Shown here: piece after piece, positions 1 through 9,519 of the stretch | How positions within the stretch are numbered: the first letter of the stretch is position 1 | Layout of the letters: each line of letters starts with the position of its first letter | Source of the DNA: an uncultured Thermoplasmatales archaeon | Lineage (GTDB): Archaea > Thermoplasmatota > E2 > DHVEG-1 | Assembly: GCA_964638175.1 (NCBI GenBank) | Contig: CAZWZY010000004.1 | Location: forward strand, 12,926-76,925 | Length of the DNA: 64,000 bases | Reading direction: 5' to 3' | Made by a program: the position numbers and the translations under genes | The notes under the pieces: generated by a model | Seen by the model: only the letters and a program-made list of their open reading frames with translations | The model's database searches: none | What the model was told of the DNA's origin: nothing

Positions 1-380
1 AAACCATCTGAAGGATGAATGGTGATTGAGTATGGTGCTAGCCAGCGAATGTTACCATCATGGTTTCCTGGGACAAGATGAATGGTGCTGTACTCTTGTA
101 TTGCGTAAAAAAACGCCTTCACATCTCTTCGCTCTTGAATGGTTGTGGAAGGAATATTATGCTTGATGTCTCCTAATAAAACCAGCTCTTTTGGCGTGTA
201 TGTTTCGCACAGCCTGATTACCCGTTTCGTCAACTTTTCTGTCTGCGATGCAGTATGGATGCCCTGTTCTTGTAGCGTTTGCTCAATGCCTATATGAAGA
301 TCAGCAATTACAAGAATGTTGTCGTCTGTAATCAGTAATGCAGGTTCGTTGGAAACTGGTTGGAGGGGAGCCTCATTCAT
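1..380 (-). CDS. Calcineurin-like metallophosphoesterase (partial; C-terminal part runs off the window start)
   Basis: Minus-strand translation from the ATG at about 378-380 reads MNEAPLQPVSNEPALLITDDNILVIADLHIGIEQ...LLGDIKHN...VPGNHDGNIRW, which carries the D-x-H, GD and GNHD metallophosphatase motifs. No stop codon occurs before position 1. The gene lies 14 nt downstream of nnr on the same strand. Confidence 0.55.
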   Translation of the reverse strand, partial: MNEAPLQPVSNEPALLITDDNILVIADLHIGIEQTLQEQGIHTASQTEKLTKRVIRLCETYTPKELVLLGDIKHNIPSTTIQERRDVKAFFYAIQEYSTIHLVPGNHDGNIRWLAPYSITIHPSDG

Positions 381-393
381 TGTACATCACTTT

Positions 394-1911
394 TTATAGA
401 GAGGTTTTAAGTATTGTAGGAATTTCTTGGATGATATCTGTTGCAATCAATCCATATGATCGTTTTGAAAAGGCCTTGTTTCCTGCGATACCGTTAATAA
501 AAGCCCCCATGCGAGCTGCATGAAACGGCTCTGCTCCTTTTGCCATCAGTGCGCCAACAATACCAGCAAGAACATCACCAGTACCACCGACAGTCATCGC
601 TTGATTATGAACATTGTTGAGTTTGATCGACTCTCCATCTGTAATAACGTCAATCGCACCTTTTAATAAGATGGTAGCATCCAGCTTCTGTGCCCACGTA
701 GCAACAATATTTTTTTTCTGATTAAGTGATTTTGGTAAATGTACTCCAGTCAGTTTGGTAAACTCTCCTGCATGTGGGGTGATCACGGTTGGCATCCCAT
801 GAATATCTTTAGGATGGTTTCCTACCACTGCTATTGCATCGGCATCGATTACTAGAGAACTTTTGTGTTGTTTACATTGCTTTAGTATCGATGCCACAGC
901 ATCGTTTGTTTGTCGCTCTGTGCCCAATCCTGGTCCAATAACGACTGTATGTGCTTTTGATATCAATGGTATAAGAGTAGTAACATCGTCTGGTACAAGC
1001 AGGTGTTTATGAGTAAGTTCTGTTACAATGAGATTAGGAGCAATTGCTGCCAACGTTTTTGTGAGCCGCATTGGTCTGAGAGCATGTGGAGCAAAGGAGG
1101 TGATGGCAGTTGCCGCACGCTTAGGCGTCGCGATATAGACAAGATCGGCACCAGTGCGTAATGCTGCAAATCCTGTTAATGCAGGGGCACCGATATAGGG
1201 TCCGCCACCAATTACCAACACAATGCCATTGTCTCCTTTATGAGATTCTTTGCGTGGTCGTGGGTAGTACGCCTGTACATCCCCAGGGCCAACATAGTCA
1301 ACTGCCTTTTGCGGAATACCAATGTCAACAATAGTAATAGTACCACAATTTGTTTTGTTCATCCCTACTTTGGCGTCATGGAACGTTATGGTCTCTGTTG
1401 GTGTAAGGGCTATGTTCATCCCCACTCCAGTGGGAACGTCAACGGCGATCACTGGTTTTTTTACGATGGAATTTATCTTTGTGACAATTGTCCTGTATGG
1501 CTCCCGTAATTCACCAGAGAGCCCAATACCTAACATGGCATCAACAATAATATCATGACTGTTGAGTAGTTTATCAAGAGAAGGAAGCGCATCACGTTCA
1601 TAGATAGTGATTGCCTCTTTGTCTAATCTCTGAAAATTCTTTTGTGCAACATCGGTGCGAATATCTGCTTTTTTTCCAATCAAGAACACAGTTACCTGAA
1701 ACTGTTTTGCAAGGTACCGTGCAGCAACAAATCCATCACCGCCATTGTTGCCCGTCCCACAGAAAAGAAGAACGCTTTTTTTCGTCTTTCCAAAGCGATG
1801 AAGAATGTAGTCAGCAACGCCTTTTCCTGCATGTTCCATCAGTTGCATAGCGGGAACACCAAAGTATGCTGCGTTGCCATCTAACACATGGATTTCTCTA
1901 CTTTGAATCAT
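394..1911 (-). CDS. nnr: Bifunctional NAD(P)H-hydrate repair enzyme (YjeF-N epimerase plus ADP-dependent dehydratase)
   Basis: The 505-aa product has an N-terminal YjeF-N signature (LLFCGTGNNGGDGFVAARYL). The C-terminal carbohydrate-kinase-like half has VVIGPGLG and GGTGDVLAGIVGAL motifs. Confidence 0.85.
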   Translation of the reverse strand: MIQSREIHVLDGNAAYFGVPAMQLMEHAGKGVADYILHRFGKTKKSVLLFCGTGNNGGDGFVAARYLAKQFQVTVFLIGKKADIRTDVAQKNFQRLDKEAITIYERDALPSLDKLLNSHDIIVDAMLGIGLSGELREPYRTIVTKINSIVKKPVIAVDVPTGVGMNIALTPTETITFHDAKVGMNKTNCGTITIVDIGIPQKAVDYVGPGDVQAYYPRPRKESHKGDNGIVLVIGGGPYIGAPALTGFAALRTGADLVYIATPKRAATAITSFAPHALRPMRLTKTLAAIAPNLIVTELTHKHLLVPDDVTTLIPLISKAHTVVIGPGLGTERQTNDAVASILKQCKQHKSSLVIDADAIAVVGNHPKDIHGMPTVITPHAGEFTKLTGVHLPKSLNQKKNIVATWAQKLDATILLKGAIDVITDGESIKLNNVHNQAMTVGGTGDVLAGIVGALMAKGAEPFHAARMGAFINGIAGNKAFSKRSYGLIATDIIQEIPTILKTSL

Positions 1912-1973
1912 ACCAAAATGTTAAACAAGTCGTATGCTATATATGCTTCGACGTTGCGGGAGGTAGACGACTA

Positions 1974-2321
1974 ATGATGCCCGGCATGCCTGGAAGAATG
2001 AATCCTCGACAAATGAATCAAATGATGAAGCGACTCGGTATCAACATCAAAGAAATTGAAAATGTAGAACAAATCATCATCCGAACTGATAAAAAAGAAT
2101 ACATTTTTGATAGTGCCGAGGTAACAATTATGGAGGCGCAAGGGCAAAAGACCTATCAAATTTCTGGCAGTCCTCGCATCGTCGAACGAAAAGAAGGCAT
2201 TCCAGAAGATGATATTAAACTGGTGATGGAACAAACCGGAAAGTCGGAAGCAGAAGCAAAAAAAGCATTAGAGCAAACAAAAGGAGATATTGCAGAAGCA
2301 ATCCTCAAGTTGACAGCATAG
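1974..2321 (+). CDS. nac: Nascent polypeptide-associated complex alpha subunit (NAC plus UBA domain)
   Basis: The internal Met at 1974 is preceded by GGGAGGT about 10 nt upstream. The product reads MMPGMPGRMNPRQMNQMMKRLGINIKEIENVEQIIIRTDKKEYIF... and ends in a UBA-like tail (KKALEQTKGDIAEAILKLT), as expected for archaeal NAC of about 115 aa. Confidence 0.85.
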   Translation: MMPGMPGRMNPRQMNQMMKRLGINIKEIENVEQIIIRTDKKEYIFDSAEVTIMEAQGQKTYQISGSPRIVERKEGIPEDDIKLVMEQTGKSEAEAKKALEQTKGDIAEAILKLTA

Positions 2322-2324
2322 TCG

Positions 2325-3503
2325 CTATTGTTGGTAGAAGTATAATTTTTTCGAGCTATTATCTAATCGTGTCCCTTCGCCAATTTTATAGATGAAATTT
2401 GATGCTGTTTTTGCTTGAAAAGTAGTTCTGTTTTCTGCTTGTTCCACTGTATTGATTTCATGCAGACAAAAACTAAGCGCTCGAATCTTCCACCGTAGGT
2501 AGTATTGGTCAATCATTGTCGGATCATATTTTTTGACAAACCAATAAAGGAGTTCTACCCAATTGTTAATGTTTATCTGTTGTGATAGTTTGTAAAAAGT
2601 GTTGAAGTCAGTAACATCTCTCATTTTATAATAGATATCATCATGGGGAAGATACATCTTTTTCATCAGTTTAAAGCTTGAAAAACTCCGTTCAATTTCC
2701 TTTTTGATATCCATGTACCCTTCGTCAAAGACAGTATCCATTTCGAAAGGGGAAGCAATGCGCAGTACAGGCTTGATTTTCTTTCGTGCTGGAAGTTGAT
2801 AAAAGTATTGAATCATGCGCACTGCTTCTTCAAAGCACTGCACAAACATTTTTTTCAAATGCGTTAAGGTCTTTTTGTTATGCATTTTTTGTCCAAGATA
2901 GACTTCACCCATCTGATAGCCATAGATGAGTGATTTGATGGTAATAAAGGTATCAATTCCCCACCCGTAGGGAGGATTAATTCCTGTTGAAAATAAGTCC
3001 TTCAGTACTTCTGCTTTTAATGACAATTCGCCACCCAATGGCTGATCGATTTCCCAGGCGTTTGGGAAAAACATGGCAATCAAGGGTTTAGTGACGTGTC
3101 TGGTTATTTGTCCGTCAGTAGGATTTCGCGAAAAGGCGACTTTGACAATGTCTACATCTCGTTCAAGTGGTTCAAATAAAAAGGGGAACCACTTATTGAT
3201 ATTAGGACAAAAAATATCGCCATCCATATAAGCAATTCTCTCAAATCCTTGCTTGAGTGCGGCAAGGCCACCGTTAACCATACCAAGACCTTTCCCCATC
3301 TCGGTGGTATTCACATAGGTGTTTTCATGAATAACCTCGATAGTTTTTGTTTCCTTTGCTTTCAGTCGTTTAAACGTTTCTTCGTTTGACCCATCGGAAA
3401 TGATGATTTTGTCAATCACACCTGATTGCAGCGCTTCTTCTGCAAGAGAGAAGGGGTTGATTCCCTCATTTTTTGAGATGATGAGTAGACAATTCCCTGG
3501 CAT
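2325..3503 (-). CDS. GT-A fold glycosyltransferase (GT2/GT81-like, possibly a glycosyl-phosphoglycerate synthase type)
   Basis: The 392-aa product has an N-terminal nucleotide-sugar binding region (LLIISKNEGIN...IIISDGSNEE) and a DGD (DxD-like) motif at YMDGDIF. No TM segment was seen. Subfamily assignment is uncertain. Confidence 0.55.
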   Translation of the reverse strand: MPGNCLLIISKNEGINPFSLAEEALQSGVIDKIIISDGSNEETFKRLKAKETKTIEVIHENTYVNTTEMGKGLGMVNGGLAALKQGFERIAYMDGDIFCPNINKWFPFLFEPLERDVDIVKVAFSRNPTDGQITRHVTKPLIAMFFPNAWEIDQPLGGELSLKAEVLKDLFSTGINPPYGWGIDTFITIKSLIYGYQMGEVYLGQKMHNKKTLTHLKKMFVQCFEEAVRMIQYFYQLPARKKIKPVLRIASPFEMDTVFDEGYMDIKKEIERSFSSFKLMKKMYLPHDDIYYKMRDVTDFNTFYKLSQQININNWVELLYWFVKKYDPTMIDQYYLRWKIRALSFCLHEINTVEQAENRTTFQAKTASNFIYKIGEGTRLDNSSKKLYFYQQ

Positions 3504-3759
3504 GACGGCTATCTCACATAATGAATTCTTATTCTATCCTTCAGGAAAATAGCATAAAGAAAAAGATGAAGACTCTCCCATCATCTTTTTACTCCATCTC
3601 CCATCCTCAAGGGCATTAGAAACGTAATGCTAGTTATTGTATAAATATTCATCTATCTATTCATTCTTAAAAATACGTGTATATTCCTACATCCCTATAG
3701 CAAAACATTCTTATCAATTTATGGTATATCATAATAAGAACCATGCAGGAGTCAAGTAA

Positions 3760-4635
3760 ATGAAACAATCCTCTCATTCTACTGATCAGGCCGTACAAAA
3801 ACTACTCCAAGATCTGCAAAACGATAATTGGAATGTACGGGCAAATGCTGTGTTTGCATTAAAAAATTATGACATTCCTCAAGTAACCGATGCCTTGCTT
3901 CAAACCTTGAATGACGTGAATGAAAATGTCTGGCTTTCTGCTGTGAATGTATTAAAGGAAAAAAAAGACCCGCGGTTAGTTAAGCCCTTAGTAAAGACAT
4001 TACTTGAAGATAAACGAGACGAATTGCGATGGCACGCAGCATATGTACTGGGTGAGGTGGGGGATAAAACCGTTCTTGATCACATAGTGAAAGCCGTACA
4101 CGATCCCTGTGAGGAGGTTCGGGTTGACATTGCTCGTGCATTAGGAAAACTCGGAAATATCAAAGCTGTCGATTATCTCACACAAATGCTTGATGATGGA
4201 AGCCCGCGGGTGAGAAAAGAAGCCATTTCATCATTAAATGCACTGTCACCAACTACATCAAGTGATGCTCTTCTTAAATCGTTACAAGATACTGATAAAC
4301 GTGTGCGGTCGCTTGCCGCAATACTTGTTGGAAAAACAGGTAAAAAAGATGGAACTGTCCATCTGGTAAAAATGCTCAACGACCCCGATCCCGTAGTGCG
4401 GGTCTCTGCGATCTATGCATTAGATAAGCTTGGTGATCCGAATGCCGTTGAACCCTTGATTCATTGCTTGCAAGATTCATATTGGGAAGTTCGGAGTGAT
4501 GCCGCAACGGTGTTGGGAAAACTTGGTAACAGCAGAGCGATTGTCCCACTGCTTGATACTCTTCAAGATGAGAGTGGGTTCGTTCGCCATAGCGTGATAA
4601 AAGCATTGGAGAAATTTAATATCTTTAAAAAGTAA
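3760..4635 (+). CDS. HEAT-repeat (PBS-lyase type) protein
   Basis: The 291-aa product contains about 8 tandem repeats of roughly 31 aa following the pattern ...VR..A..ALGKLGD..AV.PL...L.D. This is the classic PBS lyase HEAT-like repeat. Confidence 0.75.
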   Translation: MKQSSHSTDQAVQKLLQDLQNDNWNVRANAVFALKNYDIPQVTDALLQTLNDVNENVWLSAVNVLKEKKDPRLVKPLVKTLLEDKRDELRWHAAYVLGEVGDKTVLDHIVKAVHDPCEEVRVDIARALGKLGNIKAVDYLTQMLDDGSPRVRKEAISSLNALSPTTSSDALLKSLQDTDKRVRSLAAILVGKTGKKDGTVHLVKMLNDPDPVVRVSAIYALDKLGDPNAVEPLIHCLQDSYWEVRSDAATVLGKLGNSRAIVPLLDTLQDESGFVRHSVIKALEKFNIFKK

Positions 4636-4776
4636 TGTTTCATATCTTTTCATATATCTTTTTATATGTCTTTTATGTGGCACTACATTGAGTTATACAA
4701 AACTGTGTTCCAATATCTATTTATATGATAGATGGTAATAATTGAAACCAGGACCAGTCCAAAGAGGACGTATATT

Positions 4777-5994
4777 ATGACTGTACATACCTCATTCGCC
4801 TTCCGCTCAGCTGTTCTGTTATGTATCATTAGTGTTCTTCTTCTTATCAGTTGGGCAGACCCACTGTTGGCAGCAGATGAAGCTGACATACGTGATAACC
4901 TCCTAGATACTAGTGGAATCCCTCCTTATGATTCCCCATTTACTACTTCCCAAAACGCAAACGCTACCCCTCTTTTTGTGAAGGGGGGTGTCGAGATTTC
5001 TGCTACCGAGGATACCGTTGTCACTCATATTTCAAACACTACCATTGATATCGCAAATGTCGATGGAACCACAAAAACAATAGATGTTACCCAAACAGTT
5101 GATTATTTATCCAATGCAACCCTTCACAAATCGATTAAAGGGTTGGATAATTACAAGGTGTCTGTTAATTTCGACTCATATGCTCCCGACTCTTTTACGT
5201 CTCTTGTAAATTACACTGTTGATTGGGGAAACGGTCAAGTTGAGGTAGGAAATGCAACAGTACTAACGACGCTTTCATATGTATATAGCAAGGAGGGAGA
5301 ATATCCTATCACTATTACATTAACCGACAGTAATGGGATTACGTATTCTTGTGTGAAAACCCAGTCTATTTCACTTTCAGCCGGTCAATACGTGCAACTC
5401 TGGATCGGAGACAACAAAGAAGTGGTTGCAGTAACCTCTGCAGCAGGATTTGGTAGTGTAGCCTTACTCGGCTTTGCCGCTACAGAAACAGGAAAATACA
5501 AACTCCTTGCCCTTCTCCCTTTGCTTATTCCCTTATACACTCGCATTCAAAAAGAAGATGTCCTGGATCAATTCGTTCGTGGAGAAATTTATGGATTCAT
5601 TAAGACACACCCAGGTGTCCATTATAACCAAATTATGAGAGAACTTGATGTCAAAAATGGCACGCTTTCCTATCATTTACACATGCTTGAAAAAACAGGC
5701 ATGGTCAAATCCCGAAAGGAGGGTCTTCGCTTTCGTGCCTTTTATCCCACTGGCATGAAGTTTCCCCAGGAAGAACGATACCGGCTGACCGAGCTACAGA
5801 CAAAGATCTTGAACTCTATTAAACAAAATGAAGGCATTAACCAAAAAGAAATTGCCCACGTGCTTGATGAGAAACATCAAACCATCAATTATAACATCAA
5901 AGTACTGCAACAAGCAGGACTTATCCATCTTCGAAAGAAAGGAAGAATGACCAATTGTTATATTTTTGAAGATGCCTATAGTCATGTTGCCTAA
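4777..5994 (+). CDS. Membrane-tethered transcription regulator: signal peptide, extracytoplasmic PKD-like domain, TM helix and two cytoplasmic winged-helix HTH domains
   Basis: The internal Met at 4777 gives a signal-like N-terminus (MTVHTSFAFRSAVLLCIISVLLLISWADPLLAA). An extracellular PKD-like segment follows (YTVDWGNGQVEVGNATV...YPITITLTDSNG). After a hydrophobic TM stretch (VALLGFAATE...LLALLPLLIPLY) come two ArsR/MarR-like wHTH units (IMRELDVKNGTLSYHLHMLEKTGMV and IAHVLDEKHQTINYNIKVLQQAGLI). Confidence 0.55.
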   Translation: MTVHTSFAFRSAVLLCIISVLLLISWADPLLAADEADIRDNLLDTSGIPPYDSPFTTSQNANATPLFVKGGVEISATEDTVVTHISNTTIDIANVDGTTKTIDVTQTVDYLSNATLHKSIKGLDNYKVSVNFDSYAPDSFTSLVNYTVDWGNGQVEVGNATVLTTLSYVYSKEGEYPITITLTDSNGITYSCVKTQSISLSAGQYVQLWIGDNKEVVAVTSAAGFGSVALLGFAATETGKYKLLALLPLLIPLYTRIQKEDVLDQFVRGEIYGFIKTHPGVHYNQIMRELDVKNGTLSYHLHMLEKTGMVKSRKEGLRFRAFYPTGMKFPQEERYRLTELQTKILNSIKQNEGINQKEIAHVLDEKHQTINYNIKVLQQAGLIHLRKKGRMTNCYIFEDAYSHVA

Positions 5995-6109
5995 TGCTAA
6001 TTTGTGACCTGTTTTTCTCCTTACATACAAAATTGATCACCGTAACGTTTAAGTAACACGCAAAAACCCGCTCCAAAGATGGTATATAAACCGCACAAGA
6101 TAATATCTG

Positions 6110-7321
6110 TTGTCCACAATAAAAACGGTGGACAGGATGTTGAATAGTATGAACGATAAAATCCACAACACGCTACGAAGCTGGAGATATGCTCGTCTTT
6201 GGAAACCTGTTACCGTCTGTATGATCGTATTTATTGCTCTTGCAGGATCCATACAGGCAGCACATACAGATTATTCTCAAGAAGCAAAACAAGTATCATC
6301 TGTTGTTCAGCCGATTGCTGCTGAACCCCAACCCTCATACGAATGGGTTCATTCGGGAAGAACTCTTTTTATTATAACCACGAACTCTGGAGAAACCATC
6401 TTTGCTGGCATTCAAGCAGTAATGCGTGTGCCACTCAACATGAAAACAGGACGGTTGTATTCCATCCCGGTATATTTCACACGGTTTACGCCACAACTTT
6501 GTGCCGCGTCAGAACTCAAGACCATTCCTACAGATAGTAATCAAGACATCTGCTGGAATCAAGATCACGCAGTAAGTATCCAGGCACAAAAACGTATCCC
6601 TCTAGATGTATTCATCGGTGTTGGTGCTGGTTCTCATTCATCGTGGAGTTGGTCCTCATCTCGGAGTGCTGCTGAGTCTAGACGACATGGGGTCACCATC
6701 GATATTGCGATCAATGGTGGCAGACCATGGAATTATCACATCCCATTGCGTGTTATATCAACGTATGCCCAAGATACAAATGTTCAACCAGTGGTATGTG
6801 GACTTACTCAACAGGTATGGATGTCTACACCATCCTATCACTATCTTTCCGATATTCCGACAAATACCTGGGATGGCCCGTATATTATCAAGGTGAAAAT
6901 TGACCCAGTATATACCTATCCTGCTGATGCAGAATATCTTGAGATCGACCAAGAGACACCTCCCGAACCACCTGTTGTAGAAGAAGAACAGGAAGATATC
7001 GATGATACAACTGAGTCCCTTCCAATAGAGGAACAATTGGTAGAGTCTCCCCCCGATTGTTCTGCCCCCTTTGTTTCAGCTGAAGAGACACCATCATCTA
7101 CTGACGTGTCACCCTCTCTTATGCAGGCTGGATTAAAATCAGTAAAATCTGTAGACATAACAACGGTAGACAACAAACCCATCTATAAGGTTAAAGGAGT
7201 AAAAAACGCAAAACTTCTGGGGATTATCAGCGTTGATATGGATGTTACACTTCAAATTGATATTGATACGGGTGAAATCCAAGCGATCCAAGAGCCATGG
7301 TGGGGATTCTTAGTCTCATAA
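6110..7321 (+). CDS. Membrane-anchored secreted protein with an acidic Pro/Glu-rich linker and a C-terminal PepSY-like domain (hypothetical)
   Basis: The 403-aa ORF may instead start at 6137. It has an N-terminal TM segment (VTVCMIVFIALAGSIQAA) and an acidic linker (EIDQETPPEPPVVEEEQEDIDDTTESLPIEEQLVESPP). The C-terminal module (KPIYKVKGVKNAKLLGIISVDMDVTLQIDIDTGEI) resembles PepSY. Confidence 0.45.
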   Translation: MSTIKTVDRMLNSMNDKIHNTLRSWRYARLWKPVTVCMIVFIALAGSIQAAHTDYSQEAKQVSSVVQPIAAEPQPSYEWVHSGRTLFIITTNSGETIFAGIQAVMRVPLNMKTGRLYSIPVYFTRFTPQLCAASELKTIPTDSNQDICWNQDHAVSIQAQKRIPLDVFIGVGAGSHSSWSWSSSRSAAESRRHGVTIDIAINGGRPWNYHIPLRVISTYAQDTNVQPVVCGLTQQVWMSTPSYHYLSDIPTNTWDGPYIIKVKIDPVYTYPADAEYLEIDQETPPEPPVVEEEQEDIDDTTESLPIEEQLVESPPDCSAPFVSAEETPSSTDVSPSLMQAGLKSVKSVDITTVDNKPIYKVKGVKNAKLLGIISVDMDVTLQIDIDTGEIQAIQEPWWGFLVS

Positions 7322-7350
7322 GAGTCCCCTTTCTCTTCCCTCTCATCTCC

Positions 7351-7361
7351 TTTTTTTTTTT
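7351..7361. terminator. Oligo-T tract (archaeal intrinsic-terminator-like) between convergent genes
   Basis: A run of 11 T residues sits about 30 nt after the stop of the 6110-7321 CDS, inside a C/T-rich stretch. Archaeal RNA polymerase terminates at oligo-dT tracts. Confidence 0.4.
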
Positions 7362-7450
7362 GACTTATAGTGATTCTACCAAGTTATATCGAAATACTGA
7401 CATGATTTTTTTGTCTATCTGAGAATTAATGATGGCAATTGCTTGGCTGC

Positions 7451-8137
7451 TCAATTCTTTTTCCATTGTTCTCCAAGATAATAGTGCTGATAATATGAAA
7501 AATCCTTTTCTTTTTCTTTTGTTGAAGCCTCTATGTTTCTCACCGTTTTTGATTTCTTTGGAAGATTAAATCGTTCAGCGACATCCTCGACGATTTTTAC
7601 AGGATTTGAAAGCACATCCTCATATCTAACATTAAGCGTAGGTGCAACATCTGCTAATGAAATGTATGAACCGTTCTTGCGATTCCACATTTCGATAGGA
7701 TTGTCAAATTGTGTTGTACCATGTTCACGTCCTATTGCTCTCCATGGTTCTGTGAGAAACTCCTCAAACGTTTCATATATGTTTTGAGCATGGTAGGGAT
7801 TGTTATATAACGAGAGCGACCAAGAGTACGGGTTTTTTGTCATGGTTATAAAACATACAGGTTTTGGATATGTAGCAATGACTTGCAAAAGGGTTGATGA
7901 TAGCAATGCATGTTTCCATCCAAGATTTTTTTGATAGGTCCGTTTGAAATAATAATCTATCAACGTTTCATCAAGATGCCTCCAAGGAACGAGCAGCCGT
8001 ATTGCGTCTGATAAGATGCTAACGTGACCAGGAACCACACCAGGCATTACAGAGACATCGAGATTTAATTGAAGTAATTGTGAAAGATAATTGGTGCCAG
8101 TGTTGCGCTCTCCATATATCTTGATTTTTTTACTCAC
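7451..8137 (-). CDS. Sulfotransferase-like P-loop protein (putative)
   Basis: The 228-aa product has an N-terminal IKIYGERNTGTNYL segment resembling the 5'-PSB motif (PKSGTTW-like). A later TKNPYSW segment resembles the 3'-PB region. Size matches small cytosolic sulfotransferases. Assignment is by motif only. Confidence 0.4.
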   Translation of the reverse strand: MSKKIKIYGERNTGTNYLSQLLQLNLDVSVMPGVVPGHVSILSDAIRLLVPWRHLDETLIDYYFKRTYQKNLGWKHALLSSTLLQVIATYPKPVCFITMTKNPYSWSLSLYNNPYHAQNIYETFEEFLTEPWRAIGREHGTTQFDNPIEMWNRKNGSYISLADVAPTLNVRYEDVLSNPVKIVEDVAERFNLPKKSKTVRNIEASTKEKEKDFSYYQHYYLGEQWKKN

Positions 8138-8549
8138 AACGTTAACATAACTATCCGACTTTTATAGTGTTGCCTGCTCTAAATTAAATAGACATCGGTA
8201 ACATTTCTTGAGAAATATAAATTCACTGGAATGTCATGAATGCTAGAGTTATATCGTTCAGTATTGGACCGTTCCTGATAATTCTCCGATAAAAGTTAAG
8301 ATTCCTTCAAACACGTTATCCAACTGGACACAATCCTCGTTAAAGTTTCTGGTGCATTGTTTAATTTTTCCTGCGCATCAAGGATAAAATGGCGGCGTAT
8401 GAACTACATCAATCCTTCTTTTCGATTTTGTATACTATTTTTCAAATACATCTCTCTTTAAGCAGATAAAAAGGTTTGTGAAAAACCCTGTTGCGAACAT
8501 TTTTATAACCTAAAGCTATTCATCTCTCCATGCGGGGAGTGAAACAAAT

Positions 8550-9245
8550 ATGGTTTTAGACGTAATAGCAGACGCGGTTAGTAGTGGGTTAAATGCCGCT
8601 GTACAATCGATGATGGCCTTTCTGCCAAATATAATAGCAGCAATTATCATTCTTATAATTGGCTATATCATTGGCAAACTTATTGGCGGAGGTGTCAGAA
8701 AACTTTTAGAGCGAGCAAAAATTGGTGATAAACTATCAAAAAATCTATTAATAAATCGAATGTTGACAATCCTTAATATAACATTTGAAAAATTAATTGG
8801 AATGATTATCTCCATATTCTTCTATGTCATATTCATACTTATTGCAATAAATATTCTTGGAGTAACCATGCTAAGTAACTTCGTCAACCTAGTGCTTTTA
8901 TACCTACCAAATCTCATAGCAGGCATCCTTGTTTTAATCGTAGGGCTTGTTGTTGTTGAATGGATTGTCACATTCATTAAAAATACCACTAAAGAATACA
9001 AAATCGCAGGCGCCAACATCATAGCGATGTTTTTTAGAGCAGTTCTTATGCTAGTGATAATTGTCATAACTCTCGACCAATGGAAAATTGACACCTCTAT
9101 CATCTACACGTTTTTACAGCCGCTTGCCTGGGGAGTTGCTGCTGCTATTGCCATAGCATTTGGATGGGGATTGAAAGATATTGTTGGTGAATCAGGCAAA
9201 AAGATAGTATCAGAATTGAGCAAAGAAGAAAAATCTAAAAAGTGA
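8550..9245 (+). CDS. Membrane protein with three 'conserved TM helix' repeats
   Basis: The 231-aa product has three repeats of LPN(I/L)IAxIxILIxGxxxG followed by a charged segment (LPNIIAAIIILIIGYIIGKLIGG, LPNLIAGILVLIVGLVVVEW, LQPLAWGVAAAIAIAFGWGL). The arrangement is MscS-N-terminal-like. Confidence 0.5.
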   Translation: MVLDVIADAVSSGLNAAVQSMMAFLPNIIAAIIILIIGYIIGKLIGGGVRKLLERAKIGDKLSKNLLINRMLTILNITFEKLIGMIISIFFYVIFILIAINILGVTMLSNFVNLVLLYLPNLIAGILVLIVGLVVVEWIVTFIKNTTKEYKIAGANIIAMFFRAVLMLVIIVITLDQWKIDTSIIYTFLQPLAWGVAAAIAIAFGWGLKDIVGESGKKIVSELSKEEKSKK

Positions 9246-9369
9246 TGATGTTACTTATCTAAACATCACACTACCTCTCTTTTTTTCTTTTCATTCTACT
9301 GTGTTTCATTTTTTGCGAGGTATGTTTATAAAAAGAAATTTACATTCCTACTTTTTCTTATGGATGCGA

Positions 9370-9444
9370 TGCTCCCGTCGGGATTCGAACCCGAGTGGCC
9401 GGCTCGAAAGGCCGGAATGATTGGCCGGACTACACCACGGGAGC
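9370..9444 (-). tRNA. tRNA-Glu (anticodon UUC)
   Basis: The minus-strand reading GCTCCCGTGGTGTAGTCCGGCCAATCATTCCGGCCTTTCGAGCCGGCCACTCGGGTTCGAATCCCGACGGGAGCA folds as a cloverleaf. It has a 7-bp acceptor stem, a GGTTCGAATCC T-arm, and an anticodon stem CCGGC/GCCGG with loop CTTTCGA (anticodon TTC). No CCA is encoded. Coordinates are within a few nt. Confidence 0.85.
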
Positions 9445-9519
9445 AAATAGCCAAGGTAAGTGCCAAGAATACCAAATACTTATTAAAAGTTTGTTGGTAA
9501 AAGTTACCCAGGCTTTTTT

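Noticed and set aside
338-523. A 61-aa plus-strand ORF spanning the end of the partial phosphoesterase gene and the 3' end of nnr
   Set aside because: It overlaps two well-supported minus-strand genes and has no motif. It is an antisense artefact.
1240-2234. Shadow ORFs inside nnr and nac, in plus and minus frames
   Set aside because: They are embedded in strongly supported genes and have no independent signals.
8138-8549. A 410-nt intergenic region examined for ncRNA or small ORFs
   Set aside because: No convincing stem-loop families, conserved boxes or ORFs with ribosome-binding sites were found by eye. It is likely promoter or leader sequence for the flanking divergent genes.
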